64,000 nucleotides of DNA from Auanema rhodensis (taxonomy: Eukaryota; Animalia; Nematoda): the NCBI GenBank assembly GCA_964057225.1, contig OZ059899.1, positions 9,796,001 to 9,860,000 of the forward strand. Reading direction: 5' to 3'. The position numbers and the translations under genes were made by a program. A model generated the notes under the pieces. That model was not told the DNA's origin, searched no databases, and saw only the letters and a list, made by a program, of their open reading frames with translations. This document shows positions 40,746 through 53,367 of this stretch, one piece after another; position 1 is the stretch's first letter, and every line of letters begins with the position of its first letter.

Positions 40746-42509
40746 TAATTTTTTTTCATTTCACTTGTCATTTATAAAAATCGAATTTATCTTCTTCAAC
40801 GATTTGTTTTGCAATGTGTCATAAGAATTTCATAGTTGAACAAAACGTTCTTTAAGAAGTTTTTTTGTTGTCAACATATATATTTTCCTGGAATTCGAAA
40901 GCATTTGGGATGGAAATTAGAAAGAAAAGAACTAGTTTTTTCTACTTTAAAACAAACAATAAGAAATAAAATGAAAAAGATTGTTAGATATCCAATTTAA
41001 ACTTATACATTTACTTCGATAAAGAGCCTATTAGTTTGAAATTTTATGTCTTACAGTTCTCCAACAGAACAGACTGATCCTGATTTCTCTATGATTACAT
41101 AAAACTCTCGTTTGATATACAAAAAGGAGAGGAATAACGTTTCCAGGATATCAATGATATCGAATCTAGTGATATTGTAGAAAAATGTAATGTCAGCTCC
41201 ATAGTTTTTCTCTTAATTTCTCTCATCACAATAGTCTTAGTTTTTTTTCATAAGAGTTTCTGAAATCTTAGTTGAACAAGGCAGTATATATTTTTTTCTG
41301 GAATTCGAAAGCATTTGGGATGGAAATTAGAAAAAAAAGAACTAGTTTTTCCTACTTTAAAACAAACAATAAGAAATAAAATGAAAAAGATTGTTAGATA
41401 TCCAATTTAAACTTATACATTTACTTCGATAAAGAGCCTATTAGTTTGAAATTTTATGTCTTACAGTTCTCCAACAGAACAGACTGATCCTGATTTCTCT
41501 ATGATTACATAAAACTCTCGTTTGATATACAAAATAGAGAGGAATAACGTTTCCAGGATATCAATGATATCGAATCTAGTGATATTGTAGAAAAATGTAA
41601 TGTCAGCTCCATAGTTTTTCTCTTAATTTCTCTCATCACAATAGTCTTAGTTTTTTTTCATAAGAGTTTCTGAAATCTTAGTTGAACAAGGCAGTATATA
41701 TTTTTTTCTGGAATTCGAAAGCATTTGGGATGGAAATTAGAAAGAAAAGAACTAGTTTTTCCTACTTTAAAACAAACAATAAGAAATAAAATGAAAAAGA
41801 TTGTTAGATATCCAATTTAAACTTATACATTTTCTTCGATAAAGAGCCTATTAGTTTGAAATTTTATGTCTTACAGTTCTCCAACAGAACAGACTGATCC
41901 TGATTTCTCTATGATTACATAAAACTCTCGTTTGATATACAAAAAGGAGAGGAATAACGTTTCCAGGATATCAATGATATCGAATCTAGTGATATTGTAG
42001 AAAAATGTAATGTCAGCTCCATAGTTTTTCTCTTAATTTGTCTCATCACAATAGTCTTAGTTTTTTTTCATAAGAGTTTCTGAAATCTTAGTTGAACAAG
42101 GCAGTATATATTTTTTTCTGGAATTCGAAAGCATTTGGGATGGAAATTAGAAAGAAAAGAACTAGTTTTTCCTACTTTAAAACAAACAATAAGAAATAAA
42201 ATGAAAAAGATTGTTAGATATCCAATTTAAACTTATACATTTTCTTCGATAAAGAGCCTATTAGTTTGAAATTTTATGTCTTACAGTTCTCCAACAGAAC
42301 AGACTGATCCTGATTTCTCTATGATTACATAAAACTCTCGTTTGATATACAAAAAGGAGAGGAATAACGTTTCCAGGATATCAATGATATCGAATCTAGT
42401 GATATTGTAGAAAAATGTAATGTCAGCTCCATAGATTTTCTCTTAATTTCTCTCATCACAATAGTCTTAGTTTTTTTTCATAAGAGTTTCTGAAATCTTA
42501 GTTGAACAA

Positions 42510-42582
42510 GGCCGCGTGGCGCAATGGATAACGCGTCTGCCTACGGAGCAGAAGATTGTAGGTTCGAATCCTGCCGTGGTCG
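42510..42582 (+). tRNA. tRNA-Arg(ACG)
   Basis: Identical to the copy at 2546. Confidence 0.97.
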
Positions 42583-44188
42583 TAAATTTTTTTCATTTCA
42601 CTTGTCATTTATAAAAATCGAATTTATCTTCTTCAACGATTATTTTTGCAATGTGTCATAAGAATTTCATAGTTGAACAAAACGTTTTTTAAGAAGTTTT
42701 TTTGTTGTCAACATATATATTTTCCTGGAATTCGAAAGCATTTGGGAACAGACTGATCTTGATTTCTCTATGATTACATAAAACTCTCGTTTGATATACA
42801 AAATAGAGAGGAATAACGTTTCCAGGATATCAATGATATCGAATCTAGTGATATTGTAGAAAAATGTAATGTCAGCTCCATAGTTTTTCTCTTAATTTCT
42901 CTCATCACAATAGTCTTAGTTTTTTTTCATAAGAGTTTCTGAAATCTTAGTTGAACAAGGCAGTATATATTTTTTTCTGGAATTCGAAAGCATTTGGGAT
43001 GGAAATTAGAAAGAAAAGAACTAGTTTTTCCTACTTTAAAACAAACAATAAGAAATAAAATGAAAAAGATTGTTAGATATCCAATTTAAACTTATACATT
43101 TACTTCGATAAAGAGCCTATTAGTTTGAAATTTTATGTCTTACAGTTCTCCAACAGAACAGACTGATCCTGATTTCTCTATGATTACATAAAACTCTCGT
43201 TTGATATACAAAATAGAGAGGAATAACGTTTCCAGGATATCAATGATATCGAATCTAGTGATATTATAGAAAAATGTAATGTCAGCTCCATAGTTTTTCT
43301 CTTAATTTCTCTCATCACAATAGTCTTAGTTTTTTTTCATAAGAGTTTCTGAAATCTTAGTTGAACAAGGCAGTATATATTTTTTTCTGGAATTCGAAAG
43401 CATTTGGGATGGAAATTAGAAAGAAAAGAACTAGTTTTTCCTACTTTAAAACAAACAATAAGAAATAAAATGAAAAAAATTGTTAGATATCCAATTTAAA
43501 CTTATACATTTACTTCGATAAAGAGCCTATTAGTTTGAAATTTTATGTCTTACAGTTCTCCAACAGAACAGACTGATCCTGATTTCTCTATGATTACATA
43601 AAACTCTCGTTTGATATACAAAAAGGAGAGGAATAACGTTTCCAGGATATCAATGATATCGAATCTAGTGATATTGTAGAAAAATGTAATGTCAGCTCCA
43701 TAGTTTTTCTCTTAATTTCTCTCATCACAATAGTCTTAGTTTTTTTTCATAAGAGTTTCTGAAATCTCAGTTGAACAAGGCAGTATATATTTTTTTCTGG
43801 AATTCGAAAGCATTTGGGATGGAAATTAGAAAGAAAAGAACTAGTTTTTCCTACTTTAAAACAAACAATAAGAAATAAAATGAAAAAGATTGTTAGATAT
43901 CCAATTTAAACTTATACATTTTCTTCGATAAAGAGCCTATTAGTTTGAAATTTTATGTCTTACAGTTCTCCAACAGAACAGACTGATCCTGATTTCTCTA
44001 TGATTACATAAAACTCTCGTTTGATATACAAAAAGGAGAGGAATAACGTTTCCAGGATATCAATGATATCGAATCTAGTGATATTGTAGAAAAATGGAAT
44101 GTCAGCTCCATAGTTTTTCTCTTAATTTCTCTCATCACAATAGTCTTAGTTTTTTTTCATAAGAGTTTCTGAAATCTTAGTTGAACAA

Positions 44189-44261
44189 GGCCGCGTGGCG
44201 CAATGGATAACGCGTCTGCCTACGGAGCAGAAGATTGTAGGTTCGAATCCTGCCGTGGTCG
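44189..44261 (+). tRNA. tRNA-Arg(ACG)
   Basis: Identical to the copy at 2546. Confidence 0.97.
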
Positions 44262-45047
44262 TAAATTTTTTTCATTTCACTTGTCATTTATAAAAATCGA
44301 ATTTATCTTCTTCAACGATTATTTTTGCAATGTGTCATAAGAATTTCATAGTTGAACAAAACGTTTTTTAAGAAGTTTTTTTGTTGTCAACATATATATT
44401 TTCCTGGAATTCGAAAGCATTTGGGAACAGACTGATCCTGATTTCTCTATGATTACATAAAACTCTCGTTTGATATACAAAATAGAGAGGAATAACGTTT
44501 CCAGGATATCAATGATATCGAATCTAGTGATATTGTAGAAAAATGTAATGTCAGCTCCATAGTTTTTCTCTTAATTTCTCTCATCACAATAGTCTTAGTT
44601 TTTTTTCATAAGAGTTTCTGAAATCTTAGTTGAACAAGGCAGTATATATTTTTTTCTGGAATTCGAAAGCATTTGGGATGGAAATTAGAAAGAAAAGAAC
44701 TAGTTTTTCCTACTTTAAAACAAACAATAAGAAATAAAATGAAAAAGATTGTTAGATATCCAATTTAAACTTATACATTTACTTCGATAAAGAGCCTATT
44801 AGTTTGAAATTTTATGTCTTACAGTTCTCCAACAGAACAGACTGATCCTGATTTCTCTATGATTACATAAAACTCTCGTTTGATATACAAAAAGGAGAGG
44901 AATAACGTTTCCAGGATATCAATGATATCGAATCTAGTGATATTGTAGAAAAATGTAATGTCAGCTCCATAGTTTTTCTCTTAATTTCTCTCATCACAAT
45001 AGTCTTAGTTTTTTTTCATAAGAGTTTCTGAAATCTTAGTTGAACAA

Positions 45048-45120
45048 GGCCGCGTGGCGCAATGGATAACGCGTCTGCCTACGGAGCAGAAGATTGTAGG
45101 TTCGAATCCTGCCGTGGTCG
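45048..45120 (+). tRNA. tRNA-Arg(ACG)
   Basis: Identical to the copy at 2546. Confidence 0.97.
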
Positions 45121-46884
45121 TAATTTTTTTTCATTTCACTTGTCATTTATAAAAATCGAATTTATCTTCTTCAACGATTTGTTTTGCAATGTGTCATAAG
45201 AATTTCATAGTTGAACAAAACGTTCTTTAAGAAGTTTTTTTGTTGTCAACATATATATTTTCCTGGAATTCGAAAGCATTTGGGATGGAAATTAGAAAGA
45301 AAAGAACTAGTTTTTTCTACTTTAAAACAAACAATAAGAAATAAAATGAAAAAGATTGTTAGATATCCAATTTAAACTTATACATTTACTTCGATAAAGA
45401 GCCTATTAGTTTGAAATTTTATGTCTTACAGTTCTCCAACAGAACAGACTGATCCTGATTTCTCTATGATTACATAAAACTCTCGTTTGATATACAAAAA
45501 GGAGAGGAATAACGTTTCCAGGATATCAATGATATCGAATCTAGTGATATTGTAGAAAAATGTAATGTCAGCTCCATAGTTTTTCTCTTAATTTCTCTCA
45601 TCACAATAGTCTTAGTTTTTTTTCATAAGAGTTTCTGAAATCTTAGTTGAACAAGGCAGTATATATTTTTTTCTGGAATTCGAAAGCATTTGGGATGGAA
45701 ATTAGAAAAAAAAGAACTAGTTTTTCCTACTTTAAAACAAACAATAAGAAATAAAATGAAAAAGATTGTTAGATATCCAATTTAAACTTATACATTTACT
45801 TCGATAAAGAGCCTATTAGTTTGAAATTTTATGTCTTACAGTTCTCCAACAGAACAGACTGATCCTGATTTCTCTATGATTACATAAAACTCTCGTTTGA
45901 TATACAAAATAGAGAGGAATAACGTTTCCAGGATATCAATGATATCGAATCTAGTGATATTGTAGAAAAATGTAATGTCAGCTCCATAGTTTTTCTCTTA
46001 ATTTCTCTCATCACAATAGTCTTAGTTTTTTTTCATAAGAGTTTCTGAAATCTTAGTTGAACAAGGCAGTATATATTTTTTTCTGGAATTCGAAAGCATT
46101 TGGGATGGAAATTAGAAAGAAAAGAACTAGTTTTTCCTACTTTAAAACAAACAATAAGAAATAAAATGAAAAAGATTGTTAGATATCCAATTTAAACTTA
46201 TACATTTTCTTCGATAAAGAGCCTATTAGTTTGAAATTTTATGTCTTACAGTTCTCCAACAGAACAGACTGATCCTGATTTCTCTATGATTACATAAAAC
46301 TCTCGTTTGATATACAAAAAGGAGAGGAATAACGTTTCCAGGATATCAATGATATCGAATCTAGTGATATTGTAGAAAAATGTAATGTCAGCTCCATAGT
46401 TTTTCTCTTAATTTGTCTCATCACAATAGTCTTAGTTTTTTTTCATAAGAGTTTCTGAAATCTTAGTTGAACAAGGCAGTATATATTTTTTTCTGGAATT
46501 CGAAAGCATTTGGGATGGAAATTAGAAAGAAAAGAACTAGTTTTTCCTACTTTAAAACAAACAATAAGAAATAAAATGAAAAAGATTGTTAGATATCCAA
46601 TTTAAACTTATACATTTTCTTCGATAAAGAGCCTATTAGTTTGAAATTTTATGTCTTACAGTTCTCCAACAGAACAGACTGATCCTGATTTCTCTATGAT
46701 TACATAAAACTCTCGTTTGATATACAAAAAGGAGAGGAATAACGTTTCCAGGATATCAATGATATCGAATCTAGTGATATTGTAGAAAAATGTAATGTCA
46801 GCTCCATAGATTTTCTCTTAATTTCTCTCATCACAATAGTCTTAGTTTTTTTTCATAAGAGTTTCTGAAATCTTAGTTGAACAA

Positions 46885-46957
46885 GGCCGCGTGGCGCAAT
46901 GGATAACGCGTCTGCCTACGGAGCAGAAGATTGTAGGTTCGAATCCTGCCGTGGTCG
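46885..46957 (+). tRNA. tRNA-Arg(ACG)
   Basis: Identical to the copy at 2546. Confidence 0.97.
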
Positions 46958-48563
46958 TAAATTTTTTTCATTTCACTTGTCATTTATAAAAATCGAATTT
47001 ATCTTCTTCAACGATTATTTTTGCAATGTGTCATAAGAATTTCATAGTTGAACAAAACGTTTTTTAAGAAGTTTTTTTGTTGTCAACATATATATTTTCC
47101 TGGAATTCGAAAGCATTTGGGAACAGACTGATCTTGATTTCTCTATGATTACATAAAACTCTCGTTTGATATACAAAATAGAGAGGAATAACGTTTCCAG
47201 GATATCAATGATATCGAATCTAGTGATATTGTAGAAAAATGTAATGTCAGCTCCATAGTTTTTCTCTTAATTTCTCTCATCACAATAGTCTTAGTTTTTT
47301 TTCATAAGAGTTTCTGAAATCTTAGTTGAACAAGGCAGTATATATTTTTTTCTGGAATTCGAAAGCATTTGGGATGGAAATTAGAAAGAAAAGAACTAGT
47401 TTTTCCTACTTTAAAACAAACAATAAGAAATAAAATGAAAAAGATTGTTAGATATCCAATTTAAACTTATACATTTACTTCGATAAAGAGCCTATTAGTT
47501 TGAAATTTTATGTCTTACAGTTCTCCAACAGAACAGACTGATCCTGATTTCTCTATGATTACATAAAACTCTCGTTTGATATACAAAATAGAGAGGAATA
47601 ACGTTTCCAGGATATCAATGATATCGAATCTAGTGATATTATAGAAAAATGTAATGTCAGCTCCATAGTTTTTCTCTTAATTTCTCTCATCACAATAGTC
47701 TTAGTTTTTTTTCATAAGAGTTTCTGAAATCTTAGTTGAACAAGGCAGTATATATTTTTTTCTGGAATTCGAAAGCATTTGGGATGGAAATTAGAAAGAA
47801 AAGAACTAGTTTTTCCTACTTTAAAACAAACAATAAGAAATAAAATGAAAAAAATTGTTAGATATCCAATTTAAACTTATACATTTACTTCGATAAAGAG
47901 CCTATTAGTTTGAAATTTTATGTCTTACAGTTCTCCAACAGAACAGACTGATCCTGATTTCTCTATGATTACATAAAACTCTCGTTTGATATACAAAAAG
48001 GAGAGGAATAACGTTTCCAGGATATCAATGATATCGAATCTAGTGATATTGTAGAAAAATGTAATGTCAGCTCCATAGTTTTTCTCTTAATTTCTCTCAT
48101 CACAATAGTCTTAGTTTTTTTTCATAAGAGTTTCTGAAATCTCAGTTGAACAAGGCAGTATATATTTTTTTCTGGAATTCGAAAGCATTTGGGATGGAAA
48201 TTAGAAAGAAAAGAACTAGTTTTTCCTACTTTAAAACAAACAATAAGAAATAAAATGAAAAAGATTGTTAGATATCCAATTTAAACTTATACATTTTCTT
48301 CGATAAAGAGCCTATTAGTTTGAAATTTTATGTCTTACAGTTCTCCAACAGAACAGACTGATCCTGATTTCTCTATGATTACATAAAACTCTCGTTTGAT
48401 ATACAAAAAGGAGAGGAATAACGTTTCCAGGATATCAATGATATCGAATCTAGTGATATTGTAGAAAAATGGAATGTCAGCTCCATAGTTTTTCTCTTAA
48501 TTTCTCTCATCACAATAGTCTTAGTTTTTTTTCATAAGAGTTTCTGAAATCTTAGTTGAACAA

Positions 48564-48636
48564 GGCCGCGTGGCGCAATGGATAACGCGTCTGCCTACGG
48601 AGCAGAAGATTGTAGGTTCGAATCCTGCCGTGGTCG
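48564..48636 (+). tRNA. tRNA-Arg(ACG)
   Basis: Identical to the copy at 2546. Confidence 0.97.
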
Positions 48637-49422
48637 TAAATTTTTTTCATTTCACTTGTCATTTATAAAAATCGAATTTATCTTCTTCAACGATTATTTT
48701 TGCAATGTGTCATAAGAATTTCATAGTTGAACAAAACGTTTTTTAAGAAGTTTTTTTGTTGTCAACATATATATTTTCCTGGAATTCGAAAGCATTTGGG
48801 AACAGACTGATCCTGATTTCTCTATGATTACATAAAACTCTCGTTTGATATACAAAATAGAGAGGAATAACGTTTCCAGGATATCAATGATATCGAATCT
48901 AGTGATATTGTAGAAAAATGTAATGTCAGCTCCATAGTTTTTCTCTTAATTTCTCTCATCACAATAGTCTTAGTTTTTTTTCATAAGAGTTTCTGAAATC
49001 TTAGTTGAACAAGGCAGTATATATTTTTTTCTGGAATTCGAAAGCATTTGGGATGGAAATTAGAAAGAAAAGAACTAGTTTTTCCTACTTTAAAACAAAC
49101 AATAAGAAATAAAATGAAAAAGATTGTTAGATATCCAATTTAAACTTATACATTTACTTCGATAAAGAGCCTATTAGTTTGAAATTTTATGTCTTACAGT
49201 TCTCCAACAGAACAGACTGATCCTGATTTCTCTATGATTACATAAAACTCTCGTTTGATATACAAAAAGGAGAGGAATAACGTTTCCAGGATATCAATGA
49301 TATCGAATCTAGTGATATTGTAGAAAAATGTAATGTCAGCTCCATAGTTTTTCTCTTAATTTCTCTCATCACAATAGTCTTAGTTTTTTTTCATAAGAGT
49401 TTCTGAAATCTTAGTTGAACAA

Positions 49423-49495
49423 GGCCGCGTGGCGCAATGGATAACGCGTCTGCCTACGGAGCAGAAGATTGTAGGTTCGAATCCTGCCGTGGTCG
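49423..49495 (+). tRNA. tRNA-Arg(ACG)
   Basis: Identical to the copy at 2546. Confidence 0.97.
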
Positions 49496-50849
49496 TAATT
49501 TTTTTTCATTTCACTTGTCATTTATAAAAATCGAATTTATCTTCTTCAACGATTTGTTTTGCAATGTGTCATAAGAATTTCATAGTTGAACAAAACGTTC
49601 TTTAAGAAGTTTTTTTGTTGTCAACATATATATTTTCCTGGAATTCGAAAGCATTTGGGATGGAAATTAGAAAGAAAAGAACTAGTTTTTTCTACTTTAA
49701 AACAAACAATAAGAAATAAAATGAAAAAGATTGTTAGATATCCAATTTAAACTTATACATTTACTTCGATAAAGAGCCTATTAGTTTGAAATTTTATGTC
49801 TTACAGTTCTCCAACAGAACAGACTGATCCTGATTTCTCTATGATTACATAAAACTCTCGTTTGATATACAAAAAGGAGAGGAATAACGTTTCCAGGATA
49901 TCAATGATATCGAATCTAGTGATATTGTAGAAAAATGTAATGTCAGCTCCATAGTTTTTCTCTTAATTTCTCTCATCACAATAGTCTTAGTTTTTTTTCA
50001 TAAGAGTTTCTGAAATCTTAGTTGAACAAGGCAGTATATATTTTTTTCTGGAATTCGAAAGCATTTGGGATGGAAATTAGAAAAAAAAGAACTAGTTTTT
50101 CCTACTTTAAAACAAACAATAAGAAATAAAATGAAAAAGATTGTTAGATATCCAATTTAAACTTATACATTTACTTCGATAAAGAGCCTATTAGTTTGAA
50201 ATTTTATGTCTTACAGTTCTCCAACAGAACAGACTGATCCTGATTTCTCTATGATTACATAAAACTCTCGTTTGATATACAAAATAGAGAGGAATAACGT
50301 TTCCAGGATATCAATGATATCGAATCTAGTGATATTGTAGAAAAATGTAATGTCAGCTCCATAGTTTTTCTCTTAATTTCTCTCATCACAATAGTCTTAG
50401 TTTTTTTTCATAAGAGTTTCTGAAATCTTAGTTGAACAAGGCAGTATATATTTTTTTCTGGAATTCGAAAGCATTTGGGATGGAAATTAGAAAGAAAAGA
50501 ACTAGTTTTTCCTACTTTAAAACAAACAATAAGAAATAAAATGAAAAAGATTGTTAGATATCCAATTTAAACTTATACATTTTCTTCGATAAAGAGCCTA
50601 TTAGTTTGAAATTTTATGTCTTACAGTTCTCCAACAGAACAGACTGATCCTGATTTCTCTATGATTACATAAAACTCTCGTTTGATATACAAAAAGGAGA
50701 GGAATAACGTTTCCAGGATATCAATGATATCGAATCTAGTGATATTGTAGAAAAATGTTATGTCAGCTCCATAGTTTTTCTCTTAATTTCTCTCATCACA
50801 ATAGTCTTAGTTTTTTTTCATAAGAGTTTCTGAAATCTTAGTTGAACAA

Positions 50850-50922
50850 GGCCGCGTGGCGCAATGGATAACGCGTCTGCCTACGGAGCAGAAGATTGTA
50901 GGTTCGAATCCTGCCGTGGTCG
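50850..50922 (+). tRNA. tRNA-Arg(ACG)
   Basis: Identical to the copy at 2546. Confidence 0.97.
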
Positions 50923-51866
50923 TAAATTTTTTTCATTTCACTTGTCATTTATAAAAATCGAATTTATCTTCTTCAACGATTTTTTTTGCAATGTGTCATA
51001 AGAATTTCATAGTTGAACAAAACGTTTTTTAAGAAGTTTTTTTGTTGTCAACATATATATTTTCCTGGAATTCGAAAGCATTTGGGATGGAAATTAGAAA
51101 GAAAAGAACTAGTTTTTCCTACTTTAAAACAAACAATAAGAAATAAAATGGAAAAGATTGTTAGAAATCCAATTTAAACTTATACATTTACTTTGATAAA
51201 GAGCCTATTAGTTTGAAATTTTATGTCTTACAGTTCTCCAACAGAACAGACTGATCCTGATTTCTCTATGATTACATAAAACTCTCGTTTGATATACAAA
51301 ATAGAGAGGAATAACGTTTCCAGGATATCAATGATATCGAATCTAGTGATATTGTAGAAAAATGTAATGTCAGCTCCATAGTTTTTCTCTTAATTTCTCT
51401 CATCACAATAGTTTTAGTTTTTTTTCATAAGAGTTTCTGAAATCTTAGTTGAACAAGGCAGTATATATTTTTTTCTGGAATTCGAAAGCATTTGGGATGG
51501 AAATTAGAAAGAAAAGAACTAGTTTTTCCTACTTTAAAACAAACAATAAGAAATAAAATGAAAAAGATTGTTAGATATCCAATTTAAACTTATACATTTA
51601 CTTCGATAAAGAGCCTATTAGTTTGAAATTTTATGTCTTACAGTTCTCCAACAGAACAGACTGATCCTGATTTCTCTATGATTACATAAAACTCTCGTTT
51701 GATATACAAAAAGGAGAGGAATAACGTTTCCAGGATATCAATGATATCGAATCTAGTGATATTGTAGAAAAATGTAATGTCAGCTCCATAGTTTTTCTCT
51801 TAATTTCTCTCATCACAATAGTCTTAGTTTTTTTTCATAAGAGTTTCTGAAATCTTAGTTGAACAA

Positions 51867-51939
51867 GGCCGCGTGGCGCAATGGATAACGCGTCTGCCTA
51901 CGGAGCAGAAGATTGTAGGTTCGAATCCTGCCGTGGTCG
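51867..51939 (+). tRNA. tRNA-Arg(ACG)
   Basis: Identical to the copy at 2546. Confidence 0.97.
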
Positions 51940-53294
51940 TAATTTTTTTTCATTTCACTTGTCATTTATAAAAATCGAATTTATCTTCTTCAACGATTTG
52001 TTTTGCAATGTGTCATAAGAATTTCATAGTTGAACAAAACGTTCTTTAAGAAGTTTTTTTGTTGTCAACATATATATTTTCCTGGAATTCGAAAGCATTT
52101 GGGATGGAAATTAGAAAGAAAAGAACTAGTTTTTTCTACTTTAAAACAAACAATAAGAAATAAAATGAAAAAGATTGTTAGATATCCAATTTAAACTTAT
52201 ACATTTACTTCGATAAAGAGCCTATTAGTTTGAAATTTTATGTCTTACAGTTCTCCAACAGAACAGACTGATCCTGATTTCTCTATGATTACATAAAACT
52301 CTCGTTTGATATACAAAAAGGAGAGGAATAACGTTTCCAGGATATCAATGATATCGAATCTAGTGATATTGTAGAAAAATGTAATGTCAGCTCCATAGTT
52401 TTTCTCTTAATTTCTCTCATCACAATAGTCTTAGTTTTTTTTCATAAGAGTTTCTGAAATCTTAGTTGAACAAGGCAGTATATATTTTTTTCTGGTATTC
52501 GAAAGCATTTGGGATGGAAATTAGAAAAAAAAGAACTAGTTTTTCCTACTTTAAAACAAACAATAAGAAATAAAATGAAAAAGATTGTTAGATATCCAAT
52601 TTAAACTTATACATTTACTTCGATAAAGAGCCTATTAGTTTGAAATTTTATGTCTTACAGTTCTCCAACAGAACAGACTGATCCTGATTTCTCTATGATT
52701 ACATAAAACTCTCGTTTGATATACAAAATAGAGAGGAATAACGTTTCCAGGATATCAATGATATCGAATCTAGTGATATTGTGGAAAAATGTAATGTCAG
52801 CTCCATAGTTTTTCTCTTAATTTCTCTCATCACAATAGTCTTAGTTTTTATTTCATAAGAGTTTCTGAAATCTTAGTTGAACAAGGCAGTATATATTTTT
52901 TTCTGGAATTCGAAAGCATTTGGGATGGAAATTAGAAAGAAAAGAACTAGTTTTTCCTACTTTAAAACAAACAATAAGAAATAAAATGAAAAAGATTGTT
53001 AGATATCCAATTTAAACTTATACATTTTCTTCGATAAAGAGCCTATTAGTTTGAAATTTTATGTCTTACAGTTCTCCAACAGAACAGACTGATCCTGATT
53101 TCTCTATGATTACATAAAACTCTCGTTTGATATACAAAAAGGAGAGGAATAACGCTTCCAGGATATCAATGATATCGAATCTAGTGATATTGTAGAAAAA
53201 TGTAATGTCAGCTCCATAGTTTTTCTCTTAATTTCTCTCATCACAATAGTCTTAGTTTTTTTTCATAAGAGTTTCTGAAATCTTAGTTGAACAA

Positions 53295-53367
53295 GGCCGC
53301 GTGGCGCAATGGATAACGCGTCTGCCTACGGAGCAGAAGATTGTAGGTTCGAATCCTGCCGTGGTCG
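53295..53367 (+). tRNA. tRNA-Arg(ACG)
   Basis: Identical to the copy at 2546. Confidence 0.97.

Larger units (their letters stand above)
40340..50750. repeat. 4375-bp higher-order repeat (10 units, 3 tRNA genes), about 2.4 copies; ends approximate
   Basis: tRNA starts 40673/45048/49423, 42510/46885, 44189/48564; private SNPs repeat at the same offset; 3x607 - 2x158 + 7x410 = 4375. Confidence 0.93.
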
